This document shows, piece after piece, positions 11,491-23,732 of a stretch of 64,000 nt of DNA. The stretch comes from Eledone cirrhosa. Its lineage: Eukaryota. Positions within the stretch are counted from its first letter, which is position 1, and each line of letters begins with the position of its first letter. The notes beneath the pieces were generated by a model. The model worked only from the letters and a program-made list of their open reading frames with translations, was not told the origin of the DNA and ran no database searches. The stretch spans positions 10,354,001-10,418,000 of the forward strand of contig OZ024765.1 of NCBI GenBank assembly GCA_964016885.1, in the 5' to 3' direction. A program made the position numbers and the translations under genes.

Positions 11491-14085
11491 CATCTTAATA
11501 ATGGAATAACTTTAGTAAATCCCTCCAAATTCTTCAACAACTAATTCAAATATGGTGAAATTAATTAGAAATCGGTAACAAAAAAAAAGTTAGTTCTGTC
11601 AAATGTTTTTTTTTAAATATAAGGGAAAAAATATTATAGTTAACTCATGGCTGTTCCAACACACAAGATCAAGGGATTCAGATCTTTCAACATCAGTTGA
11701 TGCAGTGATGACCTGGTTAGCATCACATGCCTGTCCGAAACCTACATAGATTTCAGCTTGGTCCCAAAGGTAACTTGGCATAATCTAGTGCTCCCAGTAC
11801 ACTCAGCAAACTTGTTGATAATTGGAGACAATATAGAGTTGAGTGACTATGTCAGTCTCCTTAGTGTTGGTCCAAAAAAATGCACTCGGTAAACAAAGGG
11901 ATTGGTAATAGGAAGGGCATCTGGGAGGGTGGCATTGTCATGTCTCACTGCCAATCCACCACCCCTCTTAGTAATAAAAATAATTGTTTCTACTTTAGGC
12001 ACAAGGCCAGCAATTATCTCAGTGTATTACTGGTACTTTATTTTATCGACCCCGTAAGTTAACCTCGGCGGGATTTGAACTCAGATCATAAAGGGAGGTA
12101 ACTATGCTTCAAAGTATGGCGTCCGACCCGCTACCAATACTGGCAATCTACCATGTATAATGATATGTAAATATATGTATGAAGAGAGAAAGACATTTAA
12201 ATATAAATAACCAACGCTAAACATGTCACTGGTTGCTTAGTCACAGTAAACATGCTATGGCAACAATAGATTAAATGAGTCAATATTACACACATAATTA
12301 ATTGATAATTAAACATTATGGCAAATCAGCTGAGTCGTTAAAACCTTGAATAGAGTGCTTTGTGTTATTTCAGCTCAATACTCTCTCAGTTCCAATCTTG
12401 CAGGCTTTAACTTTGCCTTTCATCCTTTTGAGGTTGATAAAAAAAAAGTACCAGTCAAGTACTGGGGTTGATTCTTCTATGTCTCTTTCGCACTTCCATT
12501 CTTTCTCAATCTCTATCCTTCTCTGGAAGAAATCTGCTGTGCTCAGACCTGGGGTCCACCAGATATTAAAAAATTACCAAGAAAAGCCATATATCACTAC
12601 AGCACCCCTACCACCCTATCCCGAGTTACAGGACCATATATATAATGAGAGCAACTATACAAGTTAAGATCCGAAACACTTGCTTGAGGGGAAGTTTCTC
12701 CTCTGAAAATCTGTTGTCCAGCTCCCGAGAGTTTCTTACTTTTTTTTTTTATTTTGAAAGGGTCAAGAGCGACTCCAACTGTGTCAAAGCCATGACAACA
12801 TCCCTGCCTCGATAAAATGCAGCCAATAGAATGTGGGAACGTTTTTGAAAATGATGCAAACCCCTATCCAAACTTAGAGGCCTATAGCGCACCACATGAA
12901 CACTGACATGGTGTGTGACCACCTGTCCAACTCTAGCAAAGAAAACAGACATTCTTCATTTTATAATGTTGTATGAGCATGACATGGTCTCCAGGCCTGA
13001 CTTCAGCTCCTCCAAGCAATTGATTGAGGGCAGGAATGTATTTAAGATTCAGACCCCCTGCTCTGCCCATCTGTGAGGTCAGTAGCTTTGCTCCAACAGT
13101 GACAGCTTGTGCAACCCATAACAGGGAAAAACCAGCATTAAATGATGGTAATGATGAGCTATTGTCATCTGACAGAACTGTTTAGCTGGACCCCTACAAG
13201 TTGCACTTCATAAGCAATAAATGATAGGAGCTAGTCCTACCACAAAAAGGCCCCTCCCCTGGGACAAACACTAGTTCTGTCTTGATTTTCAGCTGCCTGA
13301 AATGAAGCAACTTGTTCAAGGACATCACATCTCAGGTTGACCAATGCCTTATGAATGAAATCTGGAAGACAGGAACTAAGTAGGATCCTATTGTGTGTGT
13401 GTGTGATCTTGCTTATCTTGTTTATGTCCAGTTTAACAAAGATTAGTAAAATAAATACCAGACTTGAAAAAAATTAAGTCCTGCAGAGTAAACAGTTTTG
13501 CAGGGGTAAGAAACAACCTTTCTAGAGTGGCTTCCACAATAAAATGCACCCAGTACACAGTAAACTAGTTCACATTAGGGAATCCATTCAGTCAAAGAAA
13601 CCATGCCATAATGTTAACACAGATGTGAATTTGTAACCCATCTAAGAGGGCACTTCTAAATAAGAACTCACTCTGTTCATCTAAGTATTACAACATGGCC
13701 AGCATAGGCAGTCTATATATGTAATGCTATCTTCACTATGACCGTCTACTATTGGTACCATGCAACCCAATACAACCTGCTTCATGGTCAGCGACTACAA
13801 CCAGGTTCTGGTATGATGAGCAGGTTAAGTGGAACCCCAGTTGCACAAAAATCAAGAGCTGTAAAAAGGGTGGATGAACTGCTCAGAGTCAATGCCATCC
13901 TCACCACCACACAATTGGCTAAAGATGGTAATGCTCCACCCCTGAAGACACGACCAAAACAAAACAAAGCAGTGGAGGCCAACCAGGGAGGGGTGAGGGG
14001 ATTCCTCCTCCTCCAACAGGAATGAGAAGGTCATAGATATATATACACACATATTTATACATAATACACGAGTCTACATGTTAAA

Positions 14086-14177
14086 ACATATCTGAGGAGC
14101 TTCCAATTCCAGAGTCAGGTTCGACCATTAATAGATCGTTCCTCGAGCTGACCGACAGTGAAACATATGTAATATGT
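14086..14177 (+). ncRNA. Type I hammerhead ribozyme motif (minimal stem III, enlarged stem II)
   Basis: ACATAT-CTGAGGA-GCT...AGT-GAAAC-ATAT-GTA^-ATATGT. Stem I is a perfect 6 bp, the core is intact, the triplet is GUA and stem III is palindromic. Confidence 0.7.
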
Positions 14178-14342
14178 ATATGGTGCAACACTGATTCTTT
14201 GTTCCCTTATATATATATATATAGGAAAATAGCCAGGACCCCGACGGCTGAGCTACCGCCGTTTAGACAGCTAAATCCGAACTCACTATCGAGTACTCTG
14301 ATGCGTTATGGTCCACCTGGTTCCTTACCACACTTTCTTTGT

Positions 14343-14385
<43 letters not shown>

Positions 14386-14676
14386 CAACATATTTTACAT
14401 GCACAGTTCAGTCGGGCAGCTACTCTACTCTGCTAGGGAAGTAATTTTAAGCCCAGCCATATACACTTTTCTGAGATATAAAAATAAGGTTGAAATACAG
14501 CATATTAAACCCTTCTGGTTCTAAAACTGCCCACAACTGTTACATCATAATTTAAATAAGAACTTTTATTGTTCCAAACATCAGATTAATGTGAAAGTCA
14601 TGAAATGCCTCGCCTCTTGGCTGAGCTAAAACAAATTTGATCAACATGCCAAGAAAACTTTACCATACTGCATCAA

Positions 14677-14713
<37 letters not shown>

Positions 14714-15134
14714 CACACACACACACACGTTTACACAGTTGTGTGTGTGTGTGAGTGTAAATAGATATTTGAAACACATCCATGAATTTCTTATCTGGAG
14801 TTATTACTCTCCTAAACTGTTAGGCGACAAAAACTTACTCACGCGTTCCATTCTTGGCACGGTTCCTATGGCTGGACGCCAACCACATTACATGGCACCA
14901 GCATTAGATCTGGTGCCTTCATTCTGGCAAGAACCGTGTGTGTGATATATGTAAATGTTTTTGGTAGTCTATGTAATAATATATATATATATATATATTA
15001 ACATGAGTTAGTACTGCCTCTCTCCCTTCTCTAACATCCTATCAATCACCCCACCCTTCACTCATATTTAAACTCCACTTAGTCATCACTACTGTTCTAT
15101 TTACTCAATTTTCCCCTGAAACACGAGTCTAGTC

Positions 15135-15284
15135 CAGCATTTCTCAACCTTTTTACCCATGTGGAACCCTTGAAATACTTTCATGTCTCAGAGAATCTCT
15201 GCATAAAAATTATTAATATCTATGCATATCTTATCACTTTCTCATGGAACGCTAGGGCTCCTGAGAACTATTTAAAAAATACTG
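15135..15284. mobile_element. hAT/Charlie-like MITE with 8-bp TSD
   Basis: GTCTAGTC is duplicated at 15127-15134 and 15285-15292; termini CAGCATTT and AAATACTG. Confidence 0.75.
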
Positions 15285-17580
15285 GTCTAGTCACTAGACA
15301 TTATGTAATGTAGAGAGGACCCTTTTGAGATGTAGGGGCCTGGTAAATCCCTCTAGTGTTGGTGACAATATACAATATACCAAGTACACAAGGGTGGCAA
15401 GGAGTCTGGTCTTGACAAGAACTTGATAACCTCTTGTGCTTGGTTTATGATAAAATGCACTCAGTACACTATGTGATGTGGTTGGTAATAAGAGAGACAA
15501 CGTAGGAGAGAGAAGTGGGGGTCTTTAGGTTTACTAAGGACATGGCAACCCCGCTAGTGGTACTGCAGTAAAACATACTCAATACACTGTTAAGATGTTA
15601 GGAAAGCACATCCAATCCTAGAAACCATATCAAAAACCAAATATATGAACCAGATGTGGTAACAATGTTTGTGTATACATATGTGTGTGTGTGTGTGTGT
15701 TGAGCATTAAATTTGCAGGTTTAAATTTGTTAGGTTTAGCTCACATGGTACAAGGTATCTTGGGTATTTTAATGATAGGGACCTCCAGTCTTATGGAAAG
15801 CAGTATGAAATTATGTTGCTTCATGAACACATGACACCTGATCCATAAATTGAATAGACTAGCTAATCATCATCACCACCACCACCAGTTAACCCTTTAG
15901 CATTTACCTCATAATATCGAATCTGAGATTTTGATATTTATTTTGAGAGCAATACCTTAGCATCAGTATGAGCGACCGATTACCCGGAACGATAGGCGTT
16001 CATAAACCGAGGTTCCACTGTTTTAAGAGCCGTTGTAGTAATTTTTTTCAGTCCTCAATATATAATGCTTCCCACCAAATACCTACTATAACATAAAATA
16101 TATTTTAACTAATAACACTTCTGATACCAAACAGTCTGAAACCACCAGAGATTTATAGTATAAAACTTCATATTAAAAACTTTCATAAGAATTTTATTTC
16201 AAATTTTTTTCTTAAAATATCTTACTAATGAAAGGAGTTATTTCAGTGAATCCCTCCAAATGCAAACAGAAATATGAGTTGTAAGGCATCATCAATTATC
16301 ACTGGAGATTTTTCAACATTCTTGACAAGGTAACGCGGTCAGGGTTAAGGCACGGACTTGTGACCCAACCAGAACCACACTGGCCCTTTTAAATGAAGCC
16401 TTCTCTGAAGGCTCTTAGATATTACCATATTTCTAATAAAAAGTAAACAAGGGTGTTGCATTGGCAAAATCATTAGAACGTTGAATAGAATGCTTTGCAG
16501 TATTCATTTCAGCCATTTGAAAAAGAAGTACCAGACTAGTACCAAATTCGATTCTTCTGCTATATCACTTTCTCACTAACCGTGTGTGGAAATCTGTTGG
16601 ATTCAGACCTGGAGAGGAGATGGGCTTCGCCAGGTTTTTAAAAAGTACGTCTTAGAAACGCTGTATGTCAATACAGCACCCCTACAACTTCTTCAGGGGT
16701 TACATGTAAAAAGAAGATAATGAAAAACACTAAAAGTAATCATCAACAATCTGCTGGGATTATAATATTCTCACTATTAAACCGTTTTGGTACCAACCTG
16801 GCTAAAATCAGCTCTGGTTCTATGAAACAAAGCCGCTAAATTAAAAAAATTCCTATGTCCGCCAGGGCCGTGGGTCGGGTCGGCCAACACGCGAGACCCC
16901 ATTTGCTCATAATACAGAGCGATGTGGAGGGCGAGAGAGATAGAGGCTAAGACTGGGAGTTCGGCTCTTCCATGTTTGGACCTTGTGTGCAGCATCAGTT
17001 GTCAGTGGGGAGGTAGTGGTATTATACTGGTTCTTGTCCTTGTTGAAAGTGTGCACAGTGTCAAAAATCTATCCGAGAATGGCCAATATGGGGTCTGTCA
17101 TCATGCAGCAAGCCAAGTAGTGAGACCGGTAGAAAAACGAATGTATCTACCTACAATTTATCGCTTGATGAGCAAACCACATAGAAACCCGTTTTGGTTC
17201 TATTATACAAAAGCGTGTTTTGACATAATTTCATGGAAAAACTGGTATTTTCCATCGATCTATTTTGTCAAACCGCTATGTAGTCCGATATCCACATGTA
17301 TGGATAAATGGTAGGATGATCACAACGGAACGAACATAATTGATCTACTAAATCAGAAAAGGCCTGGGACTAAAATCTTACAAAAAAAGACATTTCTGTC
17401 TTTATTCCGGTTTAGAATGGGTACATCATATCTGCGAGTCGTAAGAATCGTCTGAAAGGGTTGGCTCCAATGATACCCGGCTTTGAAATGTTGCTGCAAA
17501 CCAGTTGAACCCATGCCAGTATAGAAAAATCGACGGTGATGTATGTTTATACACACACACGCGTGTGCGTGTGTGAGTGC

Positions 17581-17631
<51 letters not shown>

Positions 17632-17633
<2 letters not shown>

Positions 17634-17923
17634 ATTGTGAGTTCAATTCTCAGACTGGGTGATGTGTTGTTTCCTTGAGCAAGACACTTTATTTCACATT
17701 GCTCCAGTTTACTCAGCTGTAGAAATGAGGTGATCGGGACTGGGATCCCTATCATTCCACTGCAAAGTGGTCGTGGAGGTGCCACGGCAAAAAAGCACCC
17801 AGCGCTCACTGTAAAAATGAGGTTGGTGTTAGGAAGGGCATCCAGCTGTAGAAATCAAGCCAGAATCAGTTCCCGTCCCACCCTTGCAAGCAGGGAAAAG
17901 CGGACGTAAAATGATGATGATGA
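17632..17923 (+). mobile_element. 5'-truncated tRNA-derived SINE with RTE-like (GAT)n tail
   Basis: Near-identical to 56270-56496; ends GGACGTAAAATGATGATGATGAT. Confidence 0.8.
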
Positions 17924-18640
17924 TATATATATAATCAATTTGAGCAGTAAAACCACTCGACTGATGGGGTCTGGTTCGTCTTCGCCCATATATATTTTAT
18001 TGGGTTTTTATGTAAGATTTATACATAAAACACCTCCACTAATTCACATATACATACGTAAATAAATAAATATTTAACCTATGAGTAATACAACTAATTG
18101 GTTCTCTCTAGTTACACAACAAGTATATACTTCATTTTATTAAGGCTGAATAGTGAAGTCTTGTTACTCTGGAGATTCGCCTGGTTATCACAGGGTTATA
18201 TACAAATATATATAAAGTACAGCTAGTTAGTACAAGGTAAACAGGCTTTATAGCTTTCAAACAAACCAAGGCAATTAACTAATTAGTGCGTCAAATAATT
18301 AACCTTGACCTAATGGTATTAAACACAGCACCACTGCCTGTCTTACTACTACAAATATCTCCACCACCACTGAATAATAATACTAATAAAGCACCAATGT
18401 ACTTGTACTGGGATACACTGAGAAACAGCAGTCAAATGTTTTACTAATGGCGAGGAAGAAAGATTAGAATCCAATATGGCTCCACGTTGCCGAGAAAAAC
18501 TGCTTGAGTGTAGCGTATATGCGTCTTGAGTGGAGAAGTGTGATTGTGAGGGAGATAATTGAGTGAGAGTGAGAGTGTACCATTATGAATATTTACCATG
18601 TATATGAACACACTCTATATTATATATATACACACACACA

Positions 18641-18733
<93 letters not shown>

Positions 18734-19522
18734 ATAGATAGATAGATATATTATATAGCTATAAAAAAACACATAAATGCACAGTGAAAATGAGGCATAA
18801 CGAGGAAGTGGGAGAGAGTAATGGAGAAGACAAGAGGGTAGCAGAAAGAGGAGAGAAAATAAGTTCCTTTGTTACTGGTAGCTAAGATATATAGAAAGTA
18901 GGACATGGCTCTATCATAATTATATACCACTTAACACATGTACCAATTTACTATATATATATATATATATAAATATATATTAGCATACACGGATTTATCT
19001 AAACTATTTGACCAACATGAAATAATTATAATTAGATCGTTCAATTAAACCGATCTTCTTCCAACAAGGAAGTGTAGGGGGAGGGTGGGGGGCAATAATT
19101 TTGAAAAATGCACGTTGGATCAGAAACATCTAGATAAAAAAAACTAGTGTACTTAATAGTAGTACTAATAGCAGCACTACTACAACTACTACTACTCTAC
19201 GAACTTACAATATAAAAAGAAAACCATTGTTCACTAAGAGGAGAAAGATACATTTCAAATTTAAGATGGCCTATTTTAGGAAAGGGACAACTGTAGGAAA
19301 TTCATGCCTCATCAGCTAAGACATAGGTGCGGTGGGGGGGATGAGTATGGCAGCACCTAACGAAATATAAACCATCATTCTATAGACTATAGTTATACAT
19401 GTATATATCCGTCCAACCCATGCAACATGGAAATAGAAAAGACGTCAGAGTGGGGGGGAAATGACGACATTAAAATATTATTTCCTCCTCCGCCTTCTTA
19501 TTTCACATCATATATGTGTGTA

Positions 19523-19554
<32 letters not shown>

Positions 19555-19570
<16 letters not shown>

Positions 19571-19678
19571 ATTTCTATACCTTTCATTTATATATATATA
19601 TATATACACACACACAATTTCTATACCTTTCATTTATATATATATATATACACACACACAATTTCTATACCTTTCATT

Positions 19679-19722
<44 letters not shown>

Positions 19723-19735
19723 TTCTATACCTTTC

Positions 19736-19769
<34 letters not shown>

Positions 19770-19835
19770 GCACACAATTTCTATACCTTTCATTTATATA
19801 TATATATACACACACACACACAATTTCTATACCTA
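19555..19835. repeat. Compound microsatellite array (CA)n-ATTTCTATACCTTTCATT-(TA)n, 5-6 units
   Basis: Direct inspection. Confidence 0.9.
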
Positions 19836-19921
19836 TACACACATATATATATATAAATCATGTCCATCAATATATATATCGACTACTAGTTTAAATATAT
19901 AATATATACGTTTGAATAAAC

Positions 19922-19965
<44 letters not shown>

Positions 19966-19997
19966 ATAATAAATTTGAAGACTAAAATCCAAATGTT

Positions 19998-20048
19998 AGT
20001 TTCAGAAGATCCCGCTAAGGGTGAAAGCAGCGATTCTTTGCTTAAACT
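19998..20048 (+). ncRNA. Hammerhead ribozyme motif with one core substitution
   Basis: AGTTT-CAGAAGA-TCCC gctaa GGGT-GAAA-GCAG cgattct TTGC-TT^-AAACT. Followed by AATAAA and flanked by (TA)n. Confidence 0.55.
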
Positions 20049-21158
20049 TTAATCTGTTATTTTAATAAATATATATATATTCCCAAACTGTTTACTGATA
20101 TAAAATGAAACGTACAACATAATCCTACACACACACACATATACACATAAATATAATATAGACAGACACATATATATACACATGTATACATAATGAACAA
20201 ATATTTAAATACAATAAAAATGACCGCAGCTGAGGATAAAATCCATACAATGTCGTGTGTATAAAGAAAGCATTTTAAAACCTATTCAGTTGAACTAAAG
20301 CTAGTAATATACATCATCTCTCTTTTGCGTATATATATATACACACGCACACACAAACACATCAGTCTCACTATATATAACCATGTATACGTAACGAATT
20401 TTCCTAGTATTTTGCTTCCTCAATAATATTAAACACCATTTCTTTTATTGTATAGTCAGAGAAGGGTAATGCTTTTGTGATCCTTTCTAGGGATCCCCAA
20501 ACTGGCCCCGAATATTTCTAACATGGTGACCAAGCAGAAAAAGAGGCCACAGCGACAGGAATTAGACAAAGGGCATCACATCACAACCGATGGATGCTCC
20601 ACTGCCCTCCACTGGGCTGTAAGATGGTGGTTAACTATTTTATCAATGGCCACCTTCTCCGTTCTTACTCACGGGAGACGGGGGGGGGGGGAAGGATCAA
20701 CGGCAAAGTGGGGGCCTGATCACGGCGGGCGGGATAACCATAGCTATCACCACAAGGTATTTTGCCCTACATTCTCATATCTGCCATATCTCCACTCAAT
20801 ATGGAGTATCTCCCTTCACTCCAGGTTAGATTATCCACACAAATACGATAGTTTTAAGGGCACTTAGGATTTTTTAGGCAAAATTTTGAATTTTCAGGGG
20901 TTTTGAACGAATATATAGCCTCCAAAATGGTAGAATTTCTAGCTTTTTGCGGTCCTTCCGAGCCGAATACTACATAACATTCGCTCCTACGGCGGATGTA
21001 TTAATGAAAAATTTACTAAAAACAGTTTTCATTTTATTAGAGATAGTGTCTGAATTTAAGAGTGATCGTCACGTCTGGAAAGTCGTTGATCCTAGAATTT
21101 GTGGATCAGAAACCCGGGTCAATTCTTATCAAACAAACATGTACGTGTACGTACGTAC

Positions 21159-21200
<42 letters not shown>

Positions 21201-21329
21201 GATATTAAATAAATGGAAACTATATTTATAAAACCATATTTATTTCATTATATATATTTCAGGGATATCATATTATATCAGTTATAAATATTTACTCGTT
21301 GTTAACCCAACAATTTAAATAAAACTTTG

Positions 21330-21360
<31 letters not shown>

Positions 21361-21729
21361 ACAGACATATCCGCATGTGGTTGAGGGAAGAGTACTTAAT
21401 ACCGCAGTAGAGGTTTAATATTCATTTTATGGAGGCTAAGACCCTGTGATGAACAGGAGAAACACCAGTCACAATATTCACTATTTAGCCCCCATAAAAT
21501 GAGTACATATATGTTAATATACACTCCAATCGTGACCACCCTGTCTTTTTCTCTGTATCTGGCACCTTCCTTTTCATTTTTTATATTCTATAAGACAACG
21601 AACCTGCGACATGCTAGAAATAGCAGTCAAATCTTCGAAATATACTCTAGCGACGAATATTTTATATATATTATAAAACAAATTAGTATATTAACAATAA
21701 AGTCTGCTTAAGATATGAAAAAAAAAATG

Positions 21730-22830
21730 GGATGGGTCATGGATGGTTATAATCGCCATAGATGGTTTGTTTGATCAATTAGAACTGGTATAGGGTTGGC
21801 AGTCTGTCCTGCCCTCAATAATGTGATCTTTATGGCGCTCCTTTCACGATCAAAGTCCGATCTGTTTGTTCAATAGGAAGAGCCGTAGTAGACCTTTCAT
21901 CGCACCATAGGTGCTTGGTCGATTGTGGCTGACCCAGGATTAAATTATTAACTAATGATCTAACAGATATAGGAAGGGTGAAGACGGGATGGTCATGGAG
22001 CGACTTTGATCACTATAGAGACCCAGGGTTAAATAACCAACTTTTATCACAAAAAAACGGGTTTGATCACCATTGGTGGCTTGTCTACTATCTAAGAGCT
22101 GGCCTAGGGCTAAACAATTCTTTTCGCCATTTCAGACGTCTGACCACGATCATACTGGAGCACTGATCGACATGGAAATGGAGCACTTTTTGATCATCGT
22201 GGGCGGTCTACCTTGTACCACCGGAGCTAACCTAGGGTTAACCAACTAGTTAATAAAATGGAAAATTTCTAATATATTTCTAATATAGTAATTGACGAAG
22301 GAAAAAAAAAAGAAAATGTGAGGTTGGGTTGGGTTGATCGAAGCAAACCAAACCTTGGGTTTATATATAAAGGAATTAGATTTGATGGCCATGGATGGTA
22401 TTTTGTGGACCATAGGCGGGTCTGGTTTGTTCAATCGGAGAAGGGTTGCCCTAGGGTTAAACCAGTAATTTAAACATTAAAACAATGAGATAGTCATGTT
22501 CAAATTTTCATGACAGTCTGTATTTTTTTTTTCTATTGACGCACAGACTAAGTACAATCGACATTTTATAACGCATTACTGAAGAGGTTTCTGTCTCTTT
22601 CCTAACAAAATGGGGTAGGCATGTAGCGTCTTTGTTGGCCAGAGGTGGTCTTTGTTCATTGGGAAGTGAACCCAGGATTAAAATTCTAGGTCGGGTAATA
22701 ATGGCCAACGACCCAAAGACAAAAATATAATAGGGGGGTTGGTTAGGGCGCGTATTTAGTGACCATAGACGGTATATATATTGCTCGATTAGATTAGAGC
22801 GGTCCTAAGATTAAACAAACAACTACTTGG
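21730..22830 (+). repeat. Cluster of about 7-8 degenerate co-oriented copies of a short repeat (…GACCCAGGGTTAAA…)
   Basis: Recurring GACCCAGGATTAAA / CCTAGGGTTAAA / GGTCATGGA / ACCATAG motifs; a related reverse-strand copy lies near 44000-44045. Confidence 0.55.
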
Positions 22831-22892
22831 GTATATAAATCGTATTAAATATTAAATATTTTAGGAACAAGGAAGGAAAAATTGTAACTTAC

Positions 22893-23348
22893 CAGTCGGA
22901 TAAATCCAAAACCTTTGCTAGCATTAACGTACACTTCGGAGATCTCTCCATAGGGTTGGAAGAGTTTTCTAAAGTCATCCTCGGTAATGTCGGGCGTGAG
23001 GTTGCCGACGAAGAGTCGACATCTTCCTGTGAATTTCTTCTCGTCCCTGGTGGACAATGCCGCGGCGCTTGCGGCAGAAAGACCCGACATGTCGCCTCCT
23101 TTATTGTCCTGGTTTCCACCACCTTGGCTATTGCTGTGTTGTTGCTGTTGTTGCTGGTGATGATGAGATTTGCTGCCCGAATGCATAGATCTATCATTCG
23201 ACTTACCCTTGTCATTATTCGAACCCGTATTTCCACCGCCACCGCCACCCCCTCGGGAATTTGGAGACATCATCTCTTGTTTCATGTCTGGCTTGTTCTT
23301 AGCCGGATTGTTGTCAGATTGTTTTCCCTTATTAAAGCCTCCAGCCAT
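22893..23348 (-). CDS. NONO: DBHS gene coding exon 1 (G/Q/S-rich N-terminus plus most of RRM1)
   Basis: MAGGFNK...[14 protein letters not shown]...KGFGFIRL (RNP2 and RNP1 motifs). Donor CTG|GTAAGT at 22893/22892; 456 nt, phase 0. Confidence 0.93.
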
Positions 23349-23659
23349 TCCGCCGCTGTTAGCTTGTCTATTCCGTTTGGGAAAAATCGTGAAGCCTTGG
23401 TGTTACGATATATAAATAAAAATATTCCAGGTATTAAATTATACCCTTATATATATTTGTATATATATTTTTCAAAAAAAAAAAAACCTAGAAGGTTTTT
23501 TTTTCTTTTTTTTTTTTTGTGTGGAGCTTAAAAAAAATGCTTTCAATAAAAATCCTCTTTCTACAACTGAAGAGAACTAGAGAAAGAGAAGAACGTGTAT
23601 CAAGTGCGTCCTTCCTTCCCTTCCCTTTCTTCTCTCTCTTATTTCTTCTGACTTAACAA

Positions 23660-23712
23660 TAACTCAATATGGCCACCGTCTTCACTGAGAAAATATTTAT
23701 GTACCACGTGCT
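23660..23712 (-). promoter_or_regulatory. Probable core promoter of the DBHS gene
   Basis: On the minus strand: E-box CACGTG (23705-23710), Inr-like TCAGT (23684-23688), then YY1-like GCCATATTG (23665-23673), about 330 nt upstream of the ATG. Confidence 0.5.
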
Positions 23713-23732
23713 CTCCCCATTCTCGTCTAATC

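Larger units (their letters stand above)
986..23348 (-). other. NONO: DBHS-family (NONO/SFPQ/PSPC1/hrp65-like) RNA-binding protein gene, 9 coding exons in window, 3' end outside window
   Basis: Spliced exons give low-complexity N-terminus, RRM1, RRM2, NOPS, coiled coil and G/M/N/P-rich tail. All junctions are GT-AG with consistent phases (0,2,2,1,2,0,0,0,0). The symbol is a family-level assignment; invertebrates usually have a single co-orthologue. Confidence 0.93.

Noticed and set aside
12740-13130. Possible LINE (Tx1/L1-like) coding relic, similar case at 16860-17100
   Set aside because: Composition is suggestive, but I could not identify a diagnostic motif.
21443-21473. Hammerhead-like TGTGATGA..GAAACACCAGTCACA
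   Set aside because: The core lacks CU and no stem II forms; likely chance or part of another repeat.
23349-23402. Possible non-AUG N-terminal extension ([18 protein letters not shown])
   Set aside because: Only 18 codons before an in-frame TAA, and the ACG has poor context; unsupported without ribosome profiling.
22956-23531. 191-aa plus-strand ORF
   Set aside because: Antisense to DBHS exon 1 with no recognisable domain.
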